From the NCBI GenBank assembly GCA_000182565.2, contig KQ257469.1: a stretch of DNA of 64,000 nt; one strand, given 5' to 3'. How positions within the stretch are numbered: the first letter of the stretch is position 1; each line of letters starts with the position of its first letter. Shown here piece after piece: positions 40,945-53,400 of the stretch. A program made the position numbers and the translations under genes. The notes under the pieces are model-generated. The model did not search any database and was not told the origin of the DNA. It was given only the letters and a program-made list of their open reading frames with translations. The DNA is from Spizellomyces punctatus DAOM BR117 (Eukaryota).

Positions 40945-41790
40945 GTATTTCTATATTCGGTTCGGTGTGTACGTCGCATCTGATATATGTTTTCACAAAA
41001 CCTCTTTACAACCCATAAACAAATGCTTGACGATTCGGAACGAAAAGTCATTAAAAAGACATGGCAAGATATGAACTGAATTGTTTCCACTTGGATGGAC
41101 CCTAAAATTGTAAGTTCGAAAACCAGGTATTTCTATATTTGGTTCGCTGTACACATTCCATCTTATTACGCTTTCATAAATCCTTTTGTTTATTCAATCA
41201 ATTTGTACCGTAAACAAAACGTCTGAATGTGCAAGAAGACAACAGCAATGACAAGCATGGAAGGCTACGCACAAAAAATGTTTTATGTAATAAAGACTGA
41301 CATGTTCTTGTGTCTGGGTGTGAGGTGTGAATGGACATTTTCCCGGTTCAAGGATATAGTAGAATTAAATTCAGATTTCGATTCGGGACGTGGACGCTTG
41401 CATCCGCTATACATTCGTAACCCGTTTTGTTTATGATATCCAATTGTACTGTACACAATCATTTAAAATGTTGGACAAGATAACTGAAATAAATGGAAGC
41501 TACACACCGGAAGGGTTTGTAACGGAGACTGACATGTTCATGTAGGCTGAATAGACATTTTCGATTCAAGCATAGAGCAGATCAAATTCAGAGGTTGTTA
41601 AAATGGTTCGGCGTGCATCTAATGTATATTCATTAACCGTTCTGTTTATGATATCCAATTGTACCGTTTCGAGGATATAGCAGATCAAACTCAGACCTTG
41701 TTAAAATGGTTTCGGTTAAGGCCGATAAATGCATCTGAGTGATACCCATTCACGTTTTTATTTATGATATTCAATTGTACCGTACACACT
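40945..41790. repeat. Degenerate ~100-220-bp direct repeats in AT-rich intergenic DNA
   Basis: ttc(a/g)ag(g/c)ata(t/g)ag(t/c)aga..aa(t/c)tcaga...tttatgatat(c/t)caattgtac recurs at ~41347, 41566 and 41668; gactgacatgttc twice; gtatttctatatt twice. Confidence 0.65.
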
Positions 41791-42261
41791 TTATCTGAAT
41801 GTCCGAGAGGAGAAAACGTAATGTTTGTAATGTTCGATATAGGATATGGAAAATTTTTCTTTCCAACCTAGTTTCTCGTCCAATCCCATGCCCATTACAA
41901 ACTGAAAAACCAAAGACAGTCCACATCGACATATTCAGAAATCCAAAAACAAAAGAAACAACCATAACTCCACGTTTTTAAAATACATTTTTTTTATACA
42001 AACGACCAAACATGCTTTTCGTCAGTCATGTTATATACAAAGAAAAACAATCAAAACATCAGATACACAATTTTTCATCTACAGAATCATACAAGGGGGG
42101 CTTTTGTTTACAATCAAGAATGGGGGATCATCTTTACAAAGGAAAAAAGAACAGATATAAACTGCCAGAATTAAAAGCAACCTGTTGCTTTTATTTTGTC
42201 CGTTTTTTTTTTGTTTTTTCGCATTCGCTTTTCTTTTTCTCGGGGGGGCTATTGTTTTTTC

Positions 42262-43379
42262 TTACAATAGGGCCATGGCGGCTGCAGCTGCAGCAGCCAA
42301 GACGGCAGTAGCAGCTTTAATGGGAGCTACATTGTCCGATCCAGAGACGGGGGGATTGGGAGCTATAACAAAAAATGGAGATCAGCAAAATCGCATCAAA
42401 GAAAACAGTCAAAAGTGAGAAACGTTATGCAAAGACAAAAAACTTACATTTAGTCGCCGCGGCAGTCTTGTTCGCCCCATGTGTCTTTGTCTTTGTCGTA
42501 GTCTTTGACGCTGGAGGCTCCGCCTTTGGCCCAGGCCCAGGCGTAGGCGCCTGAGTCTGTTTCGGCGCCTGAGGAGGAGGCAACGGAATGGGACCCCCCT
42601 GTGTCGGAAGCGGTCCGGGCGGTCCGGGCGGTCCGGGCGTAGCGGGCGGTGGAAGGGGGGCTCGAGTCGGTGGAGGAGGGACTGCAGTTTTCCCTGGACC
42701 AGGCGCCCCAGGACCAGGCGCCCCAGGACCAGGCGCCCCGGGACCGTCTTGGAGGGCTTTGACGGCTACATCTGAGCATTCGAGGTAGAATCCTCCGTCT
42801 TCTTGTGAGGCCCACATCCATTGCAGAACGGCGGCGTTGGACGTTTTGCCGGCAGGAAGGGCAACACTCGAACCTAAAACGAAAAATACAAAAAAAAGTG
42901 TCAGGCACACTTACACACATAAAAACCCACAGCTTACAACAAGAACATACCATTCTTTGAAACATCAAGCCCATTCGCCAAAACCTGGAACGCCTGTCCA
43001 GGAGCCCACTGAATCGCCAACCGGACACCCGGAGCAGAAACATGCGGAATCGTCACGGCCCATTTAACATCAATGTTCTGACCAGCCGTTAACGTCTTTG
43101 AAATCGGGCCAGCAGTCGAATTCGCACATCCAGCGAGTTGCTCAGCTGTAGGCGGAAAGTTTCCAAATTTTGGACCGGGGGCAAGTCCTTGTCCAGCTAA
43201 TAATAAAAAGCATACACAAAAAGTGTTTAAGCAAAAAAACCATTTACGCCCCATCTCCAAAAACTAAAATTCAAAAAACTTTTGTTACCTCTAGGCTTTG
43301 GATCTACCAAGATGGCATGTCCATCCACCAAACATGCAGCCGCAGTAGCCACAAGCGCATAGAAACCAAGATGAACCAT
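42262..43379 (-). CDS. Secreted, probably GPI-anchored LPMO-like (histidine-brace) protein, 4 exons
   Basis: Signal peptide followed by H-AILVDPKPR, second His in TIPH, VLQWMW, GFYLECSDV; Pro/Gly-rich stalk (GPGAP x3); hydrophobic C-terminus SGSDNVAPIKAATAVLAAAAAAAMALL*. Confidence 0.75.
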
Positions 43380-44471
43380 AATGCACCAAAAACTGTACGT
43401 GTGTGTGTGTGTGTGTGTGTGTGTGCAAATTACAATATAACAAAAAAAAGAGAGAAACCAAAAAGCCAACACAAGCTCTTTGTTCAAAAACAACCAAAAC
43501 GTTATTTTTTTTTACAAAGAGAACGAGAGAAATCCTCATAAACCACTCAACCTTAAATACCACACAAAAAAAGACAAACGCTGTATGCTTTTACTTGCAA
43601 TCCTACATATACTACATACCCGTATGCAAAGCAGTACAGGGTACCTCCATTACAACAAGTCCCGAACCTTTTCAACCCAACTAGATGTATATATCCAACA
43701 CATGAAACCCCATACCAATGTCAACTACCCATGCAAAGCTTTGCTCGGAACATAACAAACAAGGAAGCATTAAGAAAACCTCAACGATAGAAATAGAATG
43801 GCTGGTGTTGATACTCGTTTGATGTTTTTACCTTTTCCCCATATAACCTCAACATTAGAACACAGAACACACTCAATTCTAAAACAAACACTGAACGCAA
43901 ATGCCCTTCCTCCCCCCAACCTCGTATCAGTTCCCCCCCACCATCTACACACTCCGGATCCACATATCCAAATTCCCCCCAAAAAAAAATCCACAGAAAC
44001 CCAAAGCACCGTATAAAAGTTTAAAAAAAAACGCCCCAATCGTATGATTCCCGGATATTCGTGTTTCCACTCAGTTTTAAAAAGTAACGACAATTGTAAG
44101 TAATCACGTGGATAGGGTGAGACACGCACTCTGTTAACGTTCAGTAAAAACTAGCCAACTTGGATGTGCCCCGACTTTGACTTGACACAACACACATTCC
44201 CAAAACTGTCCGTTCTCGAGTTTTAACATATCAGTAGGGTGGATGCGGCGTTTAATGGGCATGCATGTCTTGCCCACTTTAAAACACTGTGAGTAGATGG
44301 CCGTTAGACATATCAAAGAAAAAAACAAACGTATAGACACCTCCCGGGATCCTTCAAGAAAAAAATGCTAATTACAACACAATACCATTCTACCAAAATA
44401 TATACAATATACCAAAAAAAAAAAAACGTAGCCCATAACCCAAAACTCATCCACCACTACTCCATCCCTCT

Positions 44472-47400
44472 TCAGCGCATAAAACAGGTCACCTCACTCC
44501 AAAGCCAAAACGAAATAGTATTAACAACGTCATTGATATGCTGATACTCCACTTCATCCGCCACTCCCTCTCTAGAGACCGCAGAGACTTCACACACCAT
44601 GTCCCGAGAATCAAGTGGATTGCGATTCAGAGCCTCTGACATATTCGCGCCCATCGATGCTTCAGTGCTCGACCCTGATAGTGGTGTTTGAGGTTCATCG
44701 GTGCCAACAACGCTTCCACCCGCTAGGGATAAAGGTATGGGTGCCGCCAGTGGCAAAAGATTCAATGCGCCTACATGACGGGAAGTCACATCGGCTTCAG
44801 ATGTAGGAGAAACGGGGCTAACGTCGGATCGCACAGGTGACAGCACGAAATGGAGCAGATAGTCCCCGTTATGCGGATTAAAGAGCACCAAATGACGCCG
44901 CCCAGTCGCGCTGTCATCTACAAGATCGCGGGCCGTGTAGGAATAGTATGATTTTAGGTAATCGAGCAGCCTGAGCCAGGGAACTGCCTGGCTGTTGAAC
45001 AGATCTGCGAGATCTGGATCGATATCAAGTAGAGACCGGGAATTCGGCGCAATCTTTTCCAAAAACAGTTTTGTCCATTCACACATCCCGTCATCGATAG
45101 GAGCGCTGTCAGGAGATTCCGGGTTGGCGGCTGCCAAGGAAACAGGATCTTGGGCTTTTAGTAATTGCCGCCACAAATTATCACGCCCATAGTATCGCAG
45201 AGCCTTTTCAAACAGAGGACATGTTGTCAGAGTCAAACCATGATGTAAATACAGCAGTAGTGCCCCTTACCTGCTCAACCAACCGCTCCACTTTTCGCTC
45301 CGCGTGCCGCACAATATCCTTCAAGTAATACCCCCCAGCCAAATACTCATGCAGTGGATCAAACATCATCGCCGTTCCCATAACAGATGACCGACTATTA
45401 TCCAAATCACGATGCGGGAAGACGTTCTTCATATTGACAACCAATAGGAAATAACGCAAGTTGAGTTTAGCGGACGTTGATGACGCTCCGGCACTTCCTT
45501 TACGTTGATGGACACGTTGTTCTTCACGGAGCGTGGCAGTATCCGTAGCACTGTCTTCAACAGTCGAATACACCACGATAGTGTATACAGTCTCTGGACC
45601 CTCGACGGCATCGTCAAAGGTGCCACTTCCAGGTCGGCTGAAATCTGGCGTAGTGGATGTAAGAGAGCACGCGATAGGCTGGCCCTGGTAAACAATAGGG
45701 AAAAACCCGTAGCGCAATGGGTTCTTGAGAATATACTGGAACAGCGAACTCGATACTTGGCCATCATCAATGGCGCAAGACCCATGATGAATCCGGGAAC
45801 ATGCAAAATTGGCTTTACGCGGGTTGAAGAGCATAAAAGCCTTCATCACCAAGAGAAGATCCACCGGAGTTGGCTGTCGTACGCGACGTTCCAAGATATT
45901 TTGAAAATATCTCAAATGGAAATCGTACGAATCTACCATGAAACCAAAAAATCAGTTCAGAGCAGGGAAAGATCCAAATAAACACCAACACTGCGCAAAA
46001 ACACACACAACTCACATGAATTAACATGAACAAGGGCCTTTAGATTTGCACACGCACTCATAAAATCGTCCGATGCGTCCTTTTGATCCTTCTCTCGCGC
46101 CTCGACTGCAGCATCCACATGCCCACCAATGCCCTCTGAATAGCTCAGAGTGTACAGGTTAACGCAACCAAAAATCCCGTCCACGCCAACCTGCGCAATC
46201 AAAACCCCAGTGCTAAACCAGCGCACGAGATACGTTACATCTGCATCAACACAGAGACGATTTGAAATCCAGAATTTCGGCGTGACGCTCGAAGAAGCCG
46301 CAAACAAAGTGCCGCCAGTTCCACTAGTCACAGTATCAAGCCCTAAATGCCGTAGATATGCAACGTAATCCCGTAAATAAGTATCGATCAATTCGCGATA
46401 CCACCGCATCGTCGTCTCATCGTCAACTGAATTTGAGTTTATCCATCCCGACGAAGTGGCCTGACTGGCATTGGAGAGCAGAGGGGTTGGTGCAGTAGCA
46501 GATGACAGCTCCTTTCCTACGGGCGTATCCAAACTTCCTGGTATTCCGCTTGAAGGCAGATTGAGAGATTGACCCAAAAGCTGGTCACGAATTTCCGTAA
46601 ACAACAGAGGGTATTTTACAAAGTGCAACAACCGAACGGAGCGCAATATCTCCGCCATGTCAGACGCACTAATAAAGACTGGACCCGTGGTACCCTTACC
46701 ACCTGCACTGTCAGGCCGGTCACCTTCCCCCTGACCAGTAAACACGGATGGGACCGAAGGAGTCAAGTGCCCGGCAGAAAGACCACCATCGCGCCGGTTC
46801 ATACGTATGTGCCGCACAAACCAGTCCAGAAATTCTACAGCATGTTTTTGCAAAGTATCCACGTCCATGCCGTATCCAACCCGAATTCCCGCATCGGTTG
46901 TCGTGACCACAGCGCCCGACGTGCCCTTTTCCACCATGGGTGTTCCAGGTGTCGTCACAGTCCTTTGAGCAAAATGCGTCGCCATGGCCATAGCCACAGA
47001 ATCTCCTCCGTAGCTTGCAGGCACGGGCTGCTCTGGATCTGACCTTTGCTTGGGTACTCTGAAATTAAGCTGACGCGTTGTTCCCAATTGTTGCAACGAA
47101 GCAAACTCCTTTTCCAAAAATTGAATACGCAGGTTGTTCCAGCTCAATATCCGCAGAATCTGGCTGAATACTAGATCGCAATACGCACGATTCCAGTTAT
47201 ATGTAAAAACGCCGAGTTGCTCGTTTTCCATGGATAGCACTAGAAAACTGCTCCTGCTCCCCAACTCCAATACGGCGGGATGCAGGTTACCAGAAAATAA
47301 CACGACTTCATCCATCGGAGATTTGGGTCCGGAAGATGTCGCTAGAGTTGCAGCTTGGAAACCCCTAGATGGGCGTCGGTGATGCGGCGGAAATGAAACT

Positions 47401-50400
47401 GTCGTTGCACTTTCCGATGCCGAGTCCTCTTGCGGGCCACGAGCTGCGTTTACTCCAGTTGACACGCTAGGATTAACCGTTCCAAAGGTCATCATTGCTG
47501 CGGTGCTCGAGCTATACGGCCCTGATGAATCCGAGTCGAACGACTGCTTTCTGTCTACCACAGACGGGAACCGTGGGCGCCACGGCCCATATCGCGCATG
47601 GAGATCCTTCAAGCCAACGATCGCTACATACAAGTCCTTTCCTTCAACGCCGTCATTGTCAAAAGTCGCGCCATAGGTGCGTTTGGTAGGCCGGTGAACC
47701 TCAAACTCGTTTTGGCCTTCAATGGTTGACTTGAGTACCCTTCTTAGCATGACGGGAGTCAGCATAGCACCATTGCCCGTCAAAAGATCATTGACCTCTG
47801 CAGCAAACTCTTCAATAATCCAAGAAGGAAGGTTAACAGGTGATGTCAAGTGTTGAACTGTGGGCGTCCCAGCATCTGCGGCCCGTTGAAGAACCTGGCA
47901 AAGTGTCCCGTAAAACTCTGAAAAGTCATCCACAGGGACCGTATCGGCCTCTGGAGTTTTCTCCTCACACTGATCATTCTTCAGTTGGGATTCCGAATCC
48001 GTGGCAGAAAATGGGGAGACCAGGGATCCCGTGGGGCTTTGCACAGTGTCCACATACAACTCTGGGGCAGACTGTAGAGGAGAATCCTTCGCGCCGGCAT
48101 TCAATCTTCCAACTGTTGCTTCAACCATGTAATCCATCAGCGTGTTGCGGACGGCGGTGTCCAACCGCCCAGCAAGCCCATCCAAGTTGATGCTGCCCTG
48201 GCACCAAATGTCTGCAATAAGCTTATACCCTTTCCACTCAGTTGCATCCTCCTGGCCGCTGTGATGAGCGGGCATCCATTCTACATGTTCTAGTAGCTCA
48301 CCAGTGGTCACTGTCCCCTCCACTCCTCCTTCGGCACCGACGCCAGGTGCTTCCACCATGACGCGTCCCTCATGGTCCAGTAGTGCCAAGCATATAGAAG
48401 CGATTCCTTGGCCCACCGTCGCCTCTGTGGCAGTCGGATTTCGGGTGGGAATACAATTATACAAAAATGAAAAGTCGGATAGCTGCACTTCATATGTACG
48501 TTTCCTAGCGGGGTAAATAGCGATCAGCACCATATGACGCTGAACTTTGCCTTCAAAAAACGTACCCTTGAGGATTGTCAACGGCCCTGTCCGCCCATCC
48601 AAACGTGGCACCATAATGTTTTCTCAGACTGGACACCACATCCGCACCGCCAAGAACGTGCAACCACGACAATAAATTTTGTCGAAGGAGCAGCAGAAAC
48701 ACGTACGGGCTTCTCACCAGTGTAGGCAATTTGAACCATTCACGCCGAATGGGGCCACAGCCACGGCCCGCGGGTAGAATAAAGTCCAAATCCGCTCGAG
48801 TCAACTTTAACGTAACATTTCTGGCTAAAAAGGTCCCAAGAACATGTTGGGTAAGAGCATTGATCTTCACTTCCACCATATTTACAAACTCATTTGTGAT
48901 TTGTGGGCCAGGTCTATCCACTCCGAACACCTCCAGTACGAGCGCCCAATCTGGGGACCGAGACGTTCCGGTCGAGGGAGCTCCAGATACGACAGACGGC
49001 GGCGCCAAACTGGATATGGTTGAGCGTCTCATTAGAGGCGAGTTTTGTCCTTTTGGGGAATCCGATAGTCCCGGTCGAACTGTGGTTCCAAGCCCTTCGC
49101 TCAGGCTTGCCGACAATGGCGCAGCCTCGGACTTTTGATCCCTCTCCTTCTCCAGATCCAGTTCCTCAACAGACATCTTCATGTAAAAGACAGATCCTTT
49201 GGCAGCAAACACCAGCATGTTCTTCCTATTGACTATTCCGAATGCTTCTAGGGCAACAACGATGCTGCTCAACGCTTGGTGGGGACGAAGCCGCCAATGG
49301 AGTGGAAAGCTATGGCGGAAGACTAGAGGACAGGCAAAGCGGCCAACTGGGAAGCGATTGCCAGGTCCATGTTCCGGAGGAGAAGGGCTCGATGAGAGGT
49401 CGTCATCGTCCCTTGGTCGGATACGCAACTGTCCGGGTGCAGACTCATCCTCCTGATTTGTCGGAGCGATAAGGTACTTACTGATGAAGAAATACGCTTC
49501 GCTTAATACTTGTCCTGTGGGGCAACAAATACGTGATTTCCTTACCTGGCAGTATGCGTCTCACTCAGGCGCTTTAAGAGATAAAGCCGGTTAACCCGCT
49601 CACAGCAGTCCGTCACACCTTGGCGTACCGTGCGAACAATAGCCAATCTGTCATATCCAGTTACACGCTTCGAGAAGAAATGCACCTGCGCGGACTGTCC
49701 AGCCACTGTGACAATGAGCCAGAATTTGCGCCGCTTAGACGACCCCTGGCCCTTGAGGGTTCTGTCATCCTCTCTGACCGGTGACATTGTTCCTTCCTTG
49801 TCCACCTTGTCCAGAGGTTTGCTTGACTCGCTCTTCAATCCGTCCAGCGAGATTCCGAGTCCGTGCACGTTGGAGGCCGCTCTATCCTCATCCTCCAAAC
49901 TCAACTCATTTCTCTCAGCTTCATGGCTGTCCACAAATAATTCGTCAACCACACAGAACAAGTCCCCAAGTCTTTGCATTCCGCCAACGCCTAGATTCTT
50001 TTGTTCAAGTTCATCTTGGAACATGTGGACCCCTACAGTTGGGCTGATAAAAACTAAAGGAAAGTTCAATGCCAAGCTAGGACCAGATTCTGTAGCAGCA
50101 AAAACAGGGCTGGACCCTTCATCCTCAACGGCCGCATTGATACCATGTCTCTTTCGTAAAATGCCTTCGATAAGTCGAACTGTCGAGGCCTGTACCGGGT
50201 GAAACTCCAGAAGCGCGTGCATAATTTCATCTTCCAGTAACGCCTCGATTTTACGAGCCGTTTCTTGTAAGACTACCTCTTTATCTGTTGTCAACGAAGG
50301 AGGGGATTGCTCATTCAATGCCGCGTGCGATCCTAACGCTTCGTGAATGTCGCTTCCGGTTCCACTTTCCCGGCTTGGGCTGAGCAGGATACTATCCTGG

Positions 50401-53400
50401 TCGGATCCCTGACGAAGGCCACCACTTTTTATCGGCGAGTCCACCCGCAAACTTTGCGGGATAGTTAAGCACACCAAATGTAACACCGCTCTCGTCCCAT
50501 CGCCACTTTCTATCGGGCTCACAGACGTTCCAATATCCTCTGGAGTGAAATCCAACACCTCTGTGGTCTCTGTAGTCATTGAATTCTCATTTCCCAATCG
50601 GTACGATCCGGGAAGATCTGTAACAGGAATTTGAGAATGTTCGGCATCCGACACAGTCCGCTTTCGGAAAGAACACTCGGTGCGAATAAACAGCGGTGTT
50701 TCCGCACACTCAAGGTTCTTGAACAGTGTATTAAACTGCAAAGGACCCAAAGGCATGGTCGAGGATGACTGTTCCGGCGTCAGGCGTCTTCGACCTGTAG
50801 CAGGGCCAAAAGATTGACTACTGACTGGCACAGGTTGATGCGGTGGGGCGCTCGTACTGGTAGCGAACAGATTGAGGGTGGATCCTGTATTAGACCTTGA
50901 TGGAGGAGCCTCAGGTTGAGAAACACTTTTCACCAGCGGACGATAAAAGTAAACGTTTCCCTGAGTAACAGTTGATGACGGGACTGGACTGAAGTACTCT
51001 GCCAGCACTTCACGAAAGAGCTCCTGAACATCCTTCTCACTGCCCTCTCTAGAAGAATTTAAAGATGTAAAGGTTACGGCACAAGGACAGACGTAGTTGC
51101 AGTTTACTCACTCTTTCCCAGTTCCTCCCCTGTTGTCGCTATTGTCGATGCTGCTCAATCTTCTTCTTTCGCTCAAGATCCGCACATTCAAATAGCCTGT
51201 AATATCGATATCGATGCTTGTCTCGACGCAAGCCACCACTGCTCTTTGCAAGTCTTTAGTCTCCACATCATAACCCTGTAATAGTGCGGCATACACCGAT
51301 TTCGTAAACGCAGAAGCGAATGCATTATTTAGTTGTGATAGGAACTGTTGAGCGTATTCAGAAAGGGTATCATTTCCGGTTTCGCTCGCCGAAGCGTCCG
51401 CAATAGACGACTCATGGGAAGAGTTACGACTGCTTGAACAATAAAAGCCGCGGGTCGAGCCTTCCGCCAAGACACATCCGTCAACTAGTGCCTTATCCTG
51501 AGTTGACGGTGTCCATGTGCGGATCCTATAATCCTGCAACCCTCCTTTCTTAGGAGCGACGGGCTGAAAGGGAGGATCATCTGTAATAGGGATGCCGCTG
51601 CTTGGCAACCCCGCTCTAACGCACTCCACGACAGTCAGCGCTAGATACTGGGGAGACGTCTCGTCCTCTGTAGCCTCCGATTCTTGCCCCTCCATGTTAA
51701 CCTCTGTATTCAGCATCTTTAGCACTCCAGATCCTTGTCTTTTATTTTTCGACCATGGTTCAAGCGGATAATGGGGCAGGAACACAAGCACAAAGCTGTG
51801 CGGATCCCGGATTTTAACAAAACATTTGGAATCTGTAATGGGTCGCAGGAGGATGTCGGGAAAGTTTTCCTTGCTGTCATCAGAGATTTTCTCTATCGTT
51901 TCTTTAACCCGTTCCAGCAAATCCTTGGAGTGTTCTACCCCTCCGCTAGTTGAGGTCGTTCCCACTTGCCCATCACCCAGCAGAATCTCTCCATCAGCAA
52001 TCAAACCAATCATCCGCTCTAGATATCTGCAAAGGGCCAGATTGATCCTGCTCCTTCTGGTTGTCGCTAAAAACACCGCTTCGAGACTCAGCCAATAGCC
52101 AGGATTGGGCACCGCCGTGCTTTCCTGCACCTCTGGTTTACGCGATGGTATGTTCACGGTTAAGCTAAGGTCGCCACCTCGGGCCCGCAAAAGACCGGCA
52201 TGGCTAGGGGCACGGCTCAAATTCGCAGGTGTGGTAATTTCTAGCAAATTATTTGAAGATGGCGTGCCGGATCGATCTCCACGCAAAGACATTATATCTG
52301 CGATCATGTCGCTGCTAGATGTAAAAGGCCCTGGTGTTGGGGACGGTGACATGGCCCCATTTGCAGGGGACGCCAATACGCCACTGATCGCAGGAGACAA
52401 CGCTCCCTTGGGTAGCTCTTCACACTCGCCTTCACACACCGCAGGAAAATGATACGCCATTGTAGCAAACTCTGCGTCTTCTAGCACGTATCCAAGGGCA
52501 AACTTGGTCGTAACGGCGGTAAAGCCGCGAGCAGACGCAAACCGTTTAGAGCGTCCAACAGGTTTGTTGTCATTTTCCGGGCTTCCACCACCCGCGCGGC
52601 CCAATGCATGAATTTTATCAAACGTGAATAGCTTGTTAAACAGGTCGTGATCTTCCTCGAGCATTGTATCCGCTAACTTGTCATAATGCTCCTTGAATAA
52701 CGCCGCTACCGGCATATTACCCAGGGTATCACTTATCGCCACCTCCGACCCAGCCGGACCATCGACGATCGGTTCTACCCACAGCTCAGTTATGACGTTC
52801 ATATTTTTGTCATCTTTCATGAGAACAAACTGCACAGCACAGATTGTGTTGGGCTCCTGTTCCAGCTGCTGCGGATCGGCTTCGGCTCGAATTGCCTTCC
52901 GTTTCCGAATCTCAACTTCACGATACATTGTGAAGGATTCCGGTGTCTCGCTGATGGTAACGAATCCCTCTTCAACCCTCTTGCGATACATCAGGAGAAA
53001 GGCTAATTGATGTACAGGCATCCGATCGTCGCCAATATTCAGATCAAGTTTATCAACTTCCACATCTGTAAGCCACACCCACCGCTGATTGCGAAGATAG
53101 GCCTTTAAACCCGGATCGGACAAGTATCGCGCTTCGACTGCTTCGATGGCGCTGGCTAGTCGCGAAGCAGGAGATGGAGGTTCAGAATCGGGAGGTGTTC
53201 GAACAACTTTAATCGGCTCCTCCAGTATTCGCTCAGTACGGGACTCTTCAAGTTCGCCCTCCTCTCCAGGCTGGTACACTATCAGAAGCTGTCGTACCGG
53301 TTTTTGGCAGACGATGAGGGGTTGGAAGGTAGCCCCGGACGTCCTCATGGTGTGACTGATATTCCGGACGCCTTGAATCAACTCCGTTATCATGCCCAAC

